NCBI GenBank assembly: GCA_963768655.1
Contig: CAVYIM010000009.1
Coordinates: forward strand, 192,001 to 256,000
Source: an uncultured Chloroflexia bacterium
Lineage (GTDB): Bacteria > Chloroflexota > Limnocylindria > Limnocylindrales > CSP1-4
DNA: 64,000 nt
Direction: 5' to 3'
Part shown: positions 1 to 9,767 of the stretch, piece after piece
How positions within the stretch are numbered: the stretch's first letter is position 1
How the letters are laid out: each line of letters begins with the position of its first letter
Notes under the pieces: model-generated
What the model saw: the letters and a program-made list of their open reading frames with translations, nothing else
The model's database searches: none
Told to the model about the DNA's origin: nothing
Program-made: the position numbers and the translations under genes

Positions 1-1278
1 GTGTACGGCAACTTCCTGCGGGCCAACGCCTCCGAATCCCTGTACTTCATGGGCCGCTGGCCCGAGTGCCGCCGTCTCTGTCTGGACGCTCTGAGCTGGA
101 ACCCGGTGGGCATCTGGTTCCTCTCGCCGCTCCTTAATCTCGCGACGGTCGAAGTCGCCATGAGCGCGGGCGAGTCTGCCGGCAGACTGCTCGGGCAGCT
201 CCTGCTGGCGCTCGAAACCGTCCAGGATCCGCAGTTCGCCGTGCCGGCCCAGCAGACGGCGGCTGCGTATGCGCTGTGGCAGGAGGACCTCGCGGATGCC
301 CGCCGGGCGGCGGAGCGTGGCTGGCAGAAGGTCAGCGACACCGAGGACTGGCTGCTGATGGCACGCATGGCATCGACCTGCCTCGAGGTCGACGCCACCA
401 TTGCCGAGGACGCCCACCGCCGCCGCGACTTCGCCTCACTCGCGGCTGCCCGCGAGCGAAGCCTCCCGATCGTTCTTCAGGCGGAGGCAGTCGTGAAGGG
501 CTGCGGCGTTCCGACGAGGTTCGGGTCTCGCCGGCAGGCGGATCTGGCGATCCGGGTGGCCAGGGCGTTCCGGGCGCGAATTGAGGGTCACGACGATCCG
601 GCTACGTGGACGCAGCTCGCCGCCGACTGGGCCGAGCTGGGAGATCCGTATGAAGCCGCCCGCGCCCACTGGCGGGAGGCCGAAGCTCTCCTCGATCGAG
701 CCCGCGGCCGCTCCACTCGGACCGCGGCTCGCGATCCGCTCAGCGCCGCCGCGGAAGGCGCCTACGGCCTGGGGGCGTGGCCGCTGCTAAGGGCCGTTGC
801 CGAGCTGTCGCGGCGGGCCATGCTGCCTCTCCCCAAGCACATCGAGGCGGCCCTGGAGGGTCGGCTCGAGCCCCTCGCCGCTCCCACCCGGTCGATCGCC
901 ACCCGGCCCGGAGCCCCTGCCCGGCCCGCGGTTCCGTCACTGGCAAGCCGTGGTGGCGCGACGGGACAGGGCGCCGGCCAGGGCGCGGGCGGATCGGCCG
1001 GCGCGGCCGCGCCCCGCTGGGAGTCGGGCTTCGTGGCCGACTTCGCCGCCTCGGCGGTCCAGCAGGCGCAACACGACTTCGGCCTCAGCAAGCGCGAGCT
1101 CGAGGTCCTGGCACTGATCGCCGAGGGGCGCAGCAATCCGGAGATCGGCCGGCAGCTGTACATCACGCGCAAGACGGTGGCCGTGCACGTGAGCAACATC
1201 CTGACCAAGCTCGGCGTGTCGGGACGGGTCGAGGCGGCCGCCGCCGCGATCAGGCTGGGACTGACCGAGAGCGCGTAG
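1..1278 (+). CDS. LuxR-family transcriptional regulator, C-terminal part (probably large ATPase/TPR-LuxR type; 5' end outside window)
   Basis: C-terminal LuxR HTH ([44 protein letters not shown]) after a helical TPR-like region. Confidence 0.9.
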   Translation: MYGNFLRANASESLYFMGRWPECRRLCLDALSWNPVGIWFLSPLLNLATVEVAMSAGESAGRLLGQLLLALETVQDPQFAVPAQQTAAAYALWQEDLADARRAAERGWQKVSDTEDWLLMARMASTCLEVDATIAEDAHRRRDFASLAAARERSLPIVLQAEAVVKGCGVPTRFGSRRQADLAIRVARAFRARIEGHDDPATWTQLAADWAELGDPYEAARAHWREAEALLDRARGRSTRTAARDPLSAAAEGAYGLGAWPLLRAVAELSRRAMLPLPKHIEAALEGRLEPLAAPTRSIATRPGAPARPAVPSLASRGGATGQGAGQGAGGSAGAAAPRWESGFVADFAASAVQQAQHDFGLSKRELEVLALIAEGRSNPEIGRQLYITRKTVAVHVSNILTKLGVSGRVEAAAAAIRLGLTESA

Positions 1279-1369
1279 GGCGGCGGCACCGAGGGCTCGC
1301 TTCGGTGGCCCGCGGGTCTCCCGCGATGTCGCTCAGCGCCTCCGCCGCCGGCGCCGTCCGACGGACACA

Positions 1370-1400
1370 AAGAAACCCGGACTCAGTGTCCGGGTTTCTT
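1370..1400. terminator. Bidirectional intrinsic terminator
   Basis: Perfect 13-bp stem AAGAAACCCGGAC-tcagt-GTCCGGGTTTCTT with T-rich tails on both strands, between convergent genes. Confidence 0.85.
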
Positions 1401-1414
1401 GCGGCGTATCCGAC

Positions 1415-1483
1415 CTACCAGCGCTTGCCCCAAATGATCACGACAAACGCCAGGAGGAACGGAGCCAGATCCGTGAAGTCCAC
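1415..1483 (-). CDS. Unannotated 22-aa hydrophobic small protein MDFTDLAPFLLAFVVIIWGKRW
   Basis: AAAGGAG Shine-Dalgarno 6 nt before GTG; TAG stop; terminator 14 nt downstream; single hydrophobic helix with basic C-terminus. Confidence 0.7.
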   Translation of the reverse strand: MDFTDLAPFLLAFVVIIWGKRW

Positions 1484-1799
1484 AGTCGACTCCTTTGTCT
1501 GCTCTCCCCCTTGGGAAGTTGCCACGCAGGCCGTGTGCAGCGTCGGTAACCATATCCCTTTCTGGCCAAGATTCTCAATCGCTCATCCGTACGGAGGGTA
1601 CCGACCGGACCCGGGGCCGGGTACTGCCAGGTCCCGAGCCGAATGGGGCAAGGGTTATTCCCTAGAGGTTCCGCGGGATCCTGGGCTTCTTCCCGATCTT
1701 CGGGTCGTCCGGCCGGTGAGCCTGACCCTACACTTCGGCCAGCGGACCAGAGCCGGCGCCGCGCGGCACGGCCCTGCTCGCACCTCGAGGTGACGTGGC

Positions 1800-2486
1800 G
1801 TGCCGACCGACGTCCAGTTCCAGCTCGACATCTCGACGCGGCTCCTCGTGGCCGCAGGCTTTGGGGCGATGATCGGCCTGGAGCGCGAGATCCACGGCCA
1901 CCAGGCGGGTGTGCGAACGCACATGCTCGTGTCGCTGGGCTCCGCGATATTCACCGTGCTATCTATCTACGGCTTCCACGCGGTCGCGGGAACCGGCAGC
2001 GTCGACCCGAGTCGCATCTCGGCCCAGATCGTGACCGGCATCGGCTTCCTGGGCGCGGGTGCGATCGTTAAGTTCGGGACCAACGTCCGCGGCCTGACCA
2101 CCGCTGCCAGCCTGTGGGTCGTGGCCGCCGTCGGTCTGGCCGCCGGAACCGGCTGGTACTTTGTGGCCGCGGTTGGCACCGCGCTGGCGATGCTGTCGCT
2201 GTGGCCCGTCCATCGTCTGGTTGCCAAACTCGAGCTGTCCGGTGGGCGCGTCGTCCGGGTTCGCCTCAATCTCAGGAAGCTGGACCTCTTCGCCGGCGTC
2301 TCGCAGATCCTTCTGTCCAACCGGGTGGAAATAGTGAGCGTCCAGAGCGAGAAGACGAAGGGGGGCCACTTCATGGACCTGGAGCTCCGGCTGCCGGTTG
2401 GGGGGCTGGACCACAAGATCCTTTCGGAGCTTGGACAGATGAGGGATGTCGAGGTGGAGACGATCGCGGCGGTCGAAGAGGCCTGA
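1800..2486 (+). CDS. MgtC/SapB family membrane protein with C-terminal ACT-like domain
   Basis: IGLERE...AGVRTH and DPSRISAQIVTGIGFLGAG, GLTTAASLW motifs. Confidence 0.92.
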   Translation: MPTDVQFQLDISTRLLVAAGFGAMIGLEREIHGHQAGVRTHMLVSLGSAIFTVLSIYGFHAVAGTGSVDPSRISAQIVTGIGFLGAGAIVKFGTNVRGLTTAASLWVVAAVGLAAGTGWYFVAAVGTALAMLSLWPVHRLVAKLELSGGRVVRVRLNLRKLDLFAGVSQILLSNRVEIVSVQSEKTKGGHFMDLELRLPVGGLDHKILSELGQMRDVEVETIAAVEEA

Positions 2487-2497
2487 GCCCGCGGCGG

Positions 2498-5400
2498 TCA
2501 GTCGGCCGATTTCTCCGATGCCGCGGGCTTCCCGGGCCGTGCAGCCAGAGCCGCATCCACGGCCGAGATCAGCGACTCGGACGTGAAGGGCTTGGCCAGG
2601 AAGTCTATCCCTGCGTCCAGGACGCCGTCGCGGACGATGCCCTTGTCCGTGTGGCCCGACATGTAGAGGACCCGGAGGCCGGGCTGGGAGGCGGAGAGCC
2701 GCGTGGCCACGTCGCGGCCGCTCATGCCGGGCATGATCACGTCGGTGAGGAGCAGCTCCACGGCGGTGTCGCGCGCCGCCTCGATGGCCGCCGAGCCGTC
2801 CTGGGCGGTCAGGACCCGGTAGCCGGCCGTCTCCAGGACGCGGCTCGCGAATCGTCTGACGCCGCTGTCGTCCTCGACGACGAGGATCGTGGCCGTCCTC
2901 GCGGCGCCGGTCGTCGCGGCCCGCGGTGCCTCCGGGCTGGCGGCGCTGGTCCTCTCGACGCGCGGCAGGTAGACGGTGAACGTCGACCCGTTGCCCGGTT
3001 TGCTTCGAGCGGAGACCGTTCCCCCGGACTGTTGAACGATGCCGTAGACCGTTGCCAGCCCGAGGCCCGTGCCCTTGCCCGGGCCCTTCGTAGTGAAGAA
3101 TGGCTCGAAGAGGTGGTCCAGGGTGTCGGCATCCATGCCCGTGCCCGTGTCCGTCACCGACAGCGTGGTCATTCTTGCCGGCAGCTCGGCGCCGGCCTGT
3201 GACTCGACGGTCGGGGTCGAGTCCAGGTCGGCGATCTCGATCGTCAACGTGCCGCCGTCGGGCATGGCGTCGCTGGCATTCACCGCAAGGTTGAGGATCA
3301 CCTGCTCGATCTGACCCGGGTCCGCCAGGACGCAGCCGGTGCCATCCGGGACGACTGTCAGCAGCCGGACGTCCTCGCCGATGAGTCGACCCAGCATCGG
3401 CTCCAAACGCCGGACGACCTCGCCCAGATCGACCACCTCCGGTTGCAGGACAGTCCTTCGAGCAAACGCCAGGAGCTGGCGGGTCAGCCTCGCGGCGCGA
3501 TCCGCGGCCTGCTCTATCTGCTCCAGGTCTTCGCGCGGCCCTTCGCCTGGCGGAAGCTCGGCCAGGGCGAGGCTGGCGCTGCCGCGGATGGCGGTCAGGA
3601 GGTTGTTGAAATCGTGGGCGATGCCGCCGGCGAGACGGCCGATGCCCTCCATCTTCTGGGCCTGGCGCAGCTGCTGCTCGAGTTCGGCTCGCTCGGCATC
3701 CGCCTGGCGCCGTTCGCTGACGTCGCGGGCGATGCTCAGGATGGCCTTGCGGCCGCCCAGGTCGATGACGGTGGCGCTGACCTCGACCGGGATGGCGACC
3801 CCGTCTCGTCGAACGTGCGCCGTTTCGAAGAAGGCCGAGTGCTGGCTGGTGAGCGCTTGTTCGCGGATCGGGACGAGGGCGGCGAACTCCGGCGCATCTA
3901 TGTCGGTCGGCCCCATGGCCAGGAGCTCTTCGCGGCTGTAGCCGAGCCGCTCACAGGCGGTGCGATTGACCTCTACGAACTTGCCGCCGATGTCGTGGAT
4001 GAAGATCGCGTCGTTGGCGAAGTCGAAGAGCGACCGGAAACGCTCCTCCGACTGCCGGAGGGCCTGCTCCGCGCCATAGCGGTCGGAGATATCCAGGCCG
4101 GCGGTGACCAATCCGATGATCTCCCCGCCCTTGGATCGGAGTGGGGCTTTGGTCAGTAGCTGGCGCCGCACAGTCCCGTCGGGGAAGGCCATGTCGGCCT
4201 CGTACGTGTGCGCCGTCCCGTCCGCCAGGATCTCGCGGTCGCGGTCGGCGTGTACCGCCGCGTCGGGCTGGCCGAGCTCACCGATCGTCTTGCCGATGAT
4301 CTCTTCGCGGGGCCGGCCCGGACCGGCCGCGAACGCGGTGTTGCAGAGCTCCAGCCGGCCATCCACGTTCTTGGCGTTGATCGGGAAAGGCAGGGCGTCG
4401 AGCAGCTCCTGCATGAAACGCGCCTGCTCGCGCAGCGCCTCCTCGGACCGGCGGCGCTCGGTGATGTCGCGATGGACGGATAGGATCGCCGGCTCGCCGC
4501 GGTACTCTACTCGCCGCGCCACCACCTCGATGGGAACCTCTATGCCATCGCGCCGCAGGTGCGTGGTTTCGAACACGAGCAGCCCAACTTGCATCATTCG
4601 CTCGATGCGTTCGGGGATCAGAGACGCCATCTCAGCCGTATTGATGTCGCCGATGGTCATCCCCAGGAGCTGCTCGCGGGTGTAGCCGAGGCGCTCGCAC
4701 AGGACCCGGTTGACCTCCAGAAAGGGGCCGGCCGGGTTGTGGATTGCTGCGCCGTCGCCGATGCTGTCGAAGACGGTTCGGAACTCAGCTTCCGATCGGC
4801 GTGCGGCCTCGTCGATCTCGTGCCGCACCGATATGTCGCGCACCGACGAGACGACGCCCACGATCTCGCCACCGGCGTTCCGGTGCGGCCGGTTGGTCTG
4901 GACGACCCAGCCGCGTCGGCCCGTGCGAGAGATCACGTACTCGAACTCGCGCGACGTGGGCGACTCGCCGGCAAGGGCTCTCTCCAGGTCCTCGCCGACG
5001 CCCGTCGCCATGACTTCGGGGAACGCTTCACGGGCTTCTCTTCCGAGAACATGGTCAGCGGCCAGTCCCGTCAGCTCCTCCATGACCGGATTCCAGACGA
5101 CATACCGAAGGTCGCCGTCGTAGACGATGATCCCCTCGCCGGCGCTGGCAATGATCGTCTCGACGAACGCGTTCCGCTCGCGAGTGGCGGCCTCGGCGCG
5201 CCGGCTGGACGTGACGTCCTCGATCATCGCCATGATCCACGTTGGCCCCACGCGCGAGAGGCGGACGAGCACCGTGCGGTCGGTCGTCGCGTCGTGCCCC
5301 TCGAATTCCTCCGGTTGACCGCTCGATGTGACCCGGCGCGCCCGTTCGATCAGCTCCGGCCTGAGTTCGGGTCTGACCTCCAGAGCCCGCAGCCCGAGGA

Positions 5401-5605
5401 GCTGCTCGGCCTTCTGGCCGGTCAACCTCTCGAAGGCGGGGTTGACGTCGATTATGCGGTAGTCGGCCGGCATCCCGGCTTCGTCGCGCAGCGTCTCGGC
5501 GATGGCGACGGCGGTCGACATCTGTTCGAACAGCATCGAATGGATGTCCGCGGATGCGGGTGCGTCGTCCTCAGGGCACCCGTCGGAACGGTCTGCGTCC
5601 GCCAC
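2498..5605 (-). CDS. Multi-PAS hybrid sensor histidine kinase/response regulator
   Basis: About five PAS repeats, H-box [12 protein letters not shown], HATPase [14 protein letters not shown], receiver domain [10 protein letters not shown]. Confidence 0.93.
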   Translation of the reverse strand: MADADRSDGCPEDDAPASADIHSMLFEQMSTAVAIAETLRDEAGMPADYRIIDVNPAFERLTGQKAEQLLGLRALEVRPELRPELIERARRVTSSGQPEEFEGHDATTDRTVLVRLSRVGPTWIMAMIEDVTSSRRAEAATRERNAFVETIIASAGEGIIVYDGDLRYVVWNPVMEELTGLAADHVLGREAREAFPEVMATGVGEDLERALAGESPTSREFEYVISRTGRRGWVVQTNRPHRNAGGEIVGVVSSVRDISVRHEIDEAARRSEAEFRTVFDSIGDGAAIHNPAGPFLEVNRVLCERLGYTREQLLGMTIGDINTAEMASLIPERIERMMQVGLLVFETTHLRRDGIEVPIEVVARRVEYRGEPAILSVHRDITERRRSEEALREQARFMQELLDALPFPINAKNVDGRLELCNTAFAAGPGRPREEIIGKTIGELGQPDAAVHADRDREILADGTAHTYEADMAFPDGTVRRQLLTKAPLRSKGGEIIGLVTAGLDISDRYGAEQALRQSEERFRSLFDFANDAIFIHDIGGKFVEVNRTACERLGYSREELLAMGPTDIDAPEFAALVPIREQALTSQHSAFFETAHVRRDGVAIPVEVSATVIDLGGRKAILSIARDVSERRQADAERAELEQQLRQAQKMEGIGRLAGGIAHDFNNLLTAIRGSASLALAELPPGEGPREDLEQIEQAADRAARLTRQLLAFARRTVLQPEVVDLGEVVRRLEPMLGRLIGEDVRLLTVVPDGTGCVLADPGQIEQVILNLAVNASDAMPDGGTLTIEIADLDSTPTVESQAGAELPARMTTLSVTDTGTGMDADTLDHLFEPFFTTKGPGKGTGLGLATVYGIVQQSGGTVSARSKPGNGSTFTVYLPRVERTSAASPEAPRAATTGAARTATILVVEDDSGVRRFASRVLETAGYRVLTAQDGSAAIEAARDTAVELLLTDVIMPGMSGRDVATRLSASQPGLRVLYMSGHTDKGIVRDGVLDAGIDFLAKPFTSESLISAVDAALAARPGKPAASEKSAD

Positions 5606-5865
5606 GCTCGCCTCATTCTCCGGCTATGGGCTCTACCGCACCCTACCACCGCCGGTGCCGGGAACCCGCCGCGTGTGATCTCGGGGCAGAACCAGATACC
5701 GCCTGGCAGCGGCCGACAGCCCGGCCATCTTCTCACCGCGCCATGGCCGAGTCCATGCGGATTTCGGACCAGGTTGGCCACCTTGCGATCGGAGGCGGTG
5801 GCGCCTCAGAGACGGGCGCAGCCCGGGGAATTGGCGGGCGCGGCGGTGAGACCGGCGGCGCGGCC

Positions 5866-7353
5866 TCAGATCGGCGGCGCAGCTCGGGGCCCTACTGGGC
5901 CTTGACCGCCGCGATCAGATTCTGCGAGACCCTGCTTGGCGTCGGCGAAGTACATCCCGGTCTTCGGGTTCACGTACAGAGGGTTGTCGACGCCGGCGTA
6001 ACCGCGACCCATCGAGCGCTTCATGACGATGATCGACCGGGCGTGGTCCACGTCCAGGATCGGCATGCCGAAGATCGGGCTGGTGCGGTCCGTTCGGGCG
6101 GCGGGGTTGGTGACGTCGTTGGCGCCGATCACGAGGGCGACGTCCGTCCGCTCGAACTCGGGGTTGATATCGTCCATTTCTTTGAGCTGCGGGTACGGCA
6201 CGTTGGCCTCGGCGAGCAGCACATTCATGTGGCCGGGCATCCGGCCGGCAACCGGGTGGATGGCATAGGAGACGTCGATCCCGCGGGCCTCCAAGAGGTC
6301 GGCCAGCTCGCGGACGCCGTGCTGCGCCTGGGCGACCGCCAGGCCGTAGCCGGGGACAATGACGACCTTGCTGGCATAGGCGAGCTGGATCGCGGCGTCG
6401 TCGACCGACACCTCCCGGATCGTCCCGCCCTCGCTAGTCATCGCCGCCTGCGACCCCTCCGCGACGCCGAAGCCGCCGACCAGGATGTTGGCGATCGAAC
6501 GGTTCATCGCGTCGGCCATGAGCTTGGTCAGGATCGCCCCAGAAGCCCCCACGAGCGCCCCGGCGACGATGAGGATCACGTTGCCGACGACGAAGCCGGC
6601 CATGGCTACGGCGGTGCCCGTGAAGGCGTTGAGCATCGAGATCACGACCGGCATGTCCGCCCCGCCGATCGGCAGGACCATCGTCACGCCGAAGATGAGA
6701 GCGCCGACGAGGGCCGCGATGAGGAGCCCATTCAGGATCTCGGTGTCGTAGTTGAAGAGCCCGGCACCGGCCAATACGAGCACGATGGAGCAGCTGATCG
6801 ACACGATCAACGCGATGGCCGACAGGAAGCGCCCGCCCGGCAGAATGATCGGCTGGCCCTTGAGCCTGCCCATCAGCTTGGCCGTGGCGATCAGCGAGCC
6901 GGTGAACGTCACCGATCCGACGACGACATCGACGACGATGAAGAAGATCAGCCAGCCGTCCAGGCTCGCCAGCGCGCCTTCGGGAGTGCGTTGGCTGCCC
7001 AGGCGGACGAAGTCGTCGATGGCGAGCACGGCCGCGGCTCCGCCGCCCATGGCGTTGAAGAGAGAGACGAGCTGCGGCATCGCGGTCATGGCGACCGTCC
7101 GCGCCAGACGCAGGCCGGCGGCTCCACCCACCACCAGGCCGCCGACGATGATCGCCCAGTTCCCGATCCCAGGACTCGAGTTGGCGACGAAGACCAGTTC
7201 CGATATGACGGCGATGGTCATGCCGATCGCGGACAGGCGGTTGCCATTGCGCGCCGAGGCCGGCGAATTCATCAGGTGCAGGCCCATCGCGAAAAGCGAG
7301 GCCCCGACCAGGAACGCGAACTGCACCAGGTACCCGAGGTCGATGGGGTTCAT
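5866..7353 (-). CDS. pntB: NAD(P) transhydrogenase beta subunit (last codons probably frameshifted; expected stop at 5892)
   Basis: MTAMPQLVSLFN, GGADMPVVIS, PGYGLAVAQAQH, HPVAGRMPGHMNVLLAEA, GANDVTNP motifs. Confidence 0.95.
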   Translation of the reverse strand: MNPIDLGYLVQFAFLVGASLFAMGLHLMNSPASARNGNRLSAIGMTIAVISELVFVANSSPGIGNWAIIVGGLVVGGAAGLRLARTVAMTAMPQLVSLFNAMGGGAAAVLAIDDFVRLGSQRTPEGALASLDGWLIFFIVVDVVVGSVTFTGSLIATAKLMGRLKGQPIILPGGRFLSAIALIVSISCSIVLVLAGAGLFNYDTEILNGLLIAALVGALIFGVTMVLPIGGADMPVVISMLNAFTGTAVAMAGFVVGNVILIVAGALVGASGAILTKLMADAMNRSIANILVGGFGVAEGSQAAMTSEGGTIREVSVDDAAIQLAYASKVVIVPGYGLAVAQAQHGVRELADLLEARGIDVSYAIHPVAGRMPGHMNVLLAEANVPYPQLKEMDDINPEFERTDVALVIGANDVTNPAARTDRTSPIFGMPILDVDHARSIIVMKRSMGRGYAGVDNPLYVNPKTGMYFADAKQGLAESDRGGQGPVGPRAAPPI

Positions 7354-7366
7354 GGCCGGCTCCTCG

Positions 7367-7681
7367 TCATTCGGCGGACTTGTCGGCCTTGGGGACCGGG
7401 CGTCGTTTGAACATCTGCAGCATCCGGTCGGTGACCCAGTAGCCGCCCACGACATTCGCACTGGCGAAGACGACGGCCACGAAGGCGAGGACGCCGGTCA
7501 GCGTGTTGTCGGCCGTGCCCGCGAGAGCGATGGCGCCCACGAGAACGATGCCGTGGATCGAGTTGGTGCCCGACATCAGTGGCGTGTGCAACGTCGCCGG
7601 GACGCGGCTGATCACTTCGAAGCCGAGCAGTATCGCCAGGGCAAAGACCGTCAGGTCGTTGATCAGTGTGCCGACGTTCAT
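7367..7681 (-). CDS. pntAB: NAD(P) transhydrogenase alpha subunit, membrane part (split alpha-2)
   Basis: VPATLHTPLMSGTNSIHG, NVVGGYWVTDRMLQMFK. Confidence 0.95.
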   Translation of the reverse strand: MNVGTLINDLTVFALAILLGFEVISRVPATLHTPLMSGTNSIHGIVLVGAIALAGTADNTLTGVLAFVAVVFASANVVGGYWVTDRMLQMFKRRPVPKADKSAE

Positions 7682-8838
7682 GCCTGGTCGCCTCCCTTTG
7701 GAGCCGGCTGGAGCAGCTTCAGGGTCGCCGCCTGGACGACCTTGCCGCCGTGAGTGATCACCGTCGCAGCCGTCACCTCATCGTCGAAGTCGAGATGGAT
7801 GGCTCCGTCGACGACGAAATTCAGCAGCAGGTTGGAGATGTTGCGCGAATAGAAGATGCTGGCCCCGGTCGGCATCGATGCCGGCAGGTTGAGAGGGGCG
7901 TGGATCTCGACGCCGTTGGCGCTGGTCACGAGTTTGCCCGGCCGGGACAATTCGCAGTTGCCGCCCAGCTCGCTGGCGGCCATGTCGACGATCACCGAGC
8001 CGGTCTTCATACCCTCCACCGCGGCGCGAGTCACCAGGACGGGGGGACGGCGGCCGGGAACCTGGGCGGTGGTGATCACAATGTCGGAAGTGGCGATGAT
8101 GCCGTTCAGCTCGGCCTGCTGGGCGGCCTGCTCCTCGGCCGTGAGGGCGCGCGCGTAGCCGCCCTGGCCGGTGGCCTCGATCGCGGACTTCAGCGTGACG
8201 AATTGCGCGCCCAGGGACTCGGCCTGCTCCTTGGTGTCGCGGCGGACGTCGTAGGCCTTGACCATCGCCCCCAGCCGTCGGGCGGTGGCGATCGCCTGCA
8301 GACCGGCAACGCCGACGCCGAGCACGAGCACGTTGGCCGGCTTGGCGGTGCCGGCCGGGGTCGTGAGCAGCGGGAAGTAACGCCCGAAGGCATTCGCGGC
8401 GATCAGCACGGCCTTGTACCCGCCGACGTTGGCCTGCGACGAGAGGGCGTCCATGCTCTGCGAGCGGCTGAGCGTGCGAGGGATGGCGTCGAGGCTGATC
8501 GCGGTCACCTTCAGTCGAGCGAGACTGGCCATCGCCCGGGGATCGAGCAGCGGCGCGAGCAGGCCGATCACGACCTGGCCCTCGTGGAGCATTTTCGTCT
8601 CATCCGGAGTGGGGCGATGGATGCGCAGAATGATGTCGCCGGTCGAGTAGAGGGTCGCGGTGTTCACGACCTTCGCCCCCGCCTCGACGTAGCTCTGGTC
8701 CGGGAACGAGGCGGCGGCACCTGCGCCTCGTTCGACGAGCACGGTCATGCCCGCTTCCCGGAGCTTCCCGACCGCCTCGGGGACCAGCGCCACGCGCCGT
8801 TCCTCCGATGCGATCTCCCTGGCTACGCCAACTTTCAT
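7678..8838 (-). CDS. pntAA: NAD(P) transhydrogenase alpha subunit, soluble domain I (alpha-1)
   Basis: ERRVALVP, RSQSMDALSSQAN, GVGVAGLQA, GGYA, GGNCE motifs. Confidence 0.95.
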   Translation of the reverse strand: MKVGVAREIASEERRVALVPEAVGKLREAGMTVLVERGAGAAASFPDQSYVEAGAKVVNTATLYSTGDIILRIHRPTPDETKMLHEGQVVIGLLAPLLDPRAMASLARLKVTAISLDAIPRTLSRSQSMDALSSQANVGGYKAVLIAANAFGRYFPLLTTPAGTAKPANVLVLGVGVAGLQAIATARRLGAMVKAYDVRRDTKEQAESLGAQFVTLKSAIEATGQGGYARALTAEEQAAQQAELNGIIATSDIVITTAQVPGRRPPVLVTRAAVEGMKTGSVIVDMAASELGGNCELSRPGKLVTSANGVEIHAPLNLPASMPTGASIFYSRNISNLLLNFVVDGAIHLDFDDEVTAATVITHGGKVVQAATLKLLQPAPKGGDQA

Positions 8839-9226
8839 GGTGGTACCACCTGCTGCACGCATCTTGGACCAGCCGGCTCAAGGCAGGAGCGTCCAGCGAG
8901 GACGCGCCCGACAGTCTAGCCCGGCTTGCCGGGCCGTGCCGCGCCCAGCGGCACCGCCGCTCTTGCTCGATCGCCGGGCCGTTCCTGGGACACGACCGCC
9001 GGCCATCGTGCGGCCGGCATCGAGGTCAGCACGACCATCGCACATCTCACATTTCCGGGCGACGGAAACGGTCTCCTGTCTCGCCAGACCGACCACGCTC
9101 CCACACCTCGACCCATTCGAAGATGACCTCTGGTCACATTTCCACGAAGGCGTATAGTGATTCCGTAATCGCCGGCGCTGCCGGCGAGTTTCACCGAAAC
9201 GGGTCGTGGATCGGAGGAGGAAGACG

Positions 9227-9559
9227 ATGGTCACCGTACGCAAGGCCGACCCGGCTCTCATGGACAAAGCCGCCACACCAACGCGCGAGTTGAGCCCGGC
9301 CGCAAAGGAGCGGGATCAGCAACAGCGCCAGTTCAAGCGGCTCATCGCCCAGCTCAAAGGTCCCGAGCAGGTCTTCGTGGTTCGGCTCGATCCCACCGAA
9401 AAGCCGATAACGATTCGGCAGCGATTGTTGCGCGTAGCCGCCGAAGCCAACGTCGAGATCGCCGTCCGAAAGCACGGCGACGGTTTCCTCGTTGGTTTGC
9501 TCACACCTGAGCGTCGCACCAATCGTGGGCGCCGCGCTGCGGGCGCGCCTAAGGCCTGA
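9227..9559 (+). CDS. Small basic hypothetical protein (110 aa)
   Basis: Strong GGAGGAGG RBS before ATG; coding-like composition. Confidence 0.7.
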   Translation: MVTVRKADPALMDKAATPTRELSPAAKERDQQQRQFKRLIAQLKGPEQVFVVRLDPTEKPITIRQRLLRVAAEANVEIAVRKHGDGFLVGLLTPERRTNRGRRAAGAPKA

Positions 9560-9767
9560 CGTTCGGGCGCTAACGCACATAGCGGTCGTGTTCTGACGCC
9601 GTCGGCCACGTCAGGCGTCGCGGAAACGTCCAGCCTGTCGATGACCGGTCCTCAGCCCGGGGTCGCGAGACTGGGTGGTCTGCGTAACGTGCGCCGGTCG
9701 GCACCCGCGACCGTCAGTTCGCGCGACTCGTCGTACGCGGGCGTAACCTGCGGACGGGGAGGGCCAC

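Noticed and set aside
5554-7410. Many long antisense or alternate-frame Arg/Pro/Gly-rich ORFs in the track (this one, 17000-18976, 46624-48441, 62023-63777 and others)
   Set aside because: Shadow ORFs expected in high-GC DNA, overlapping genes with clear family motifs
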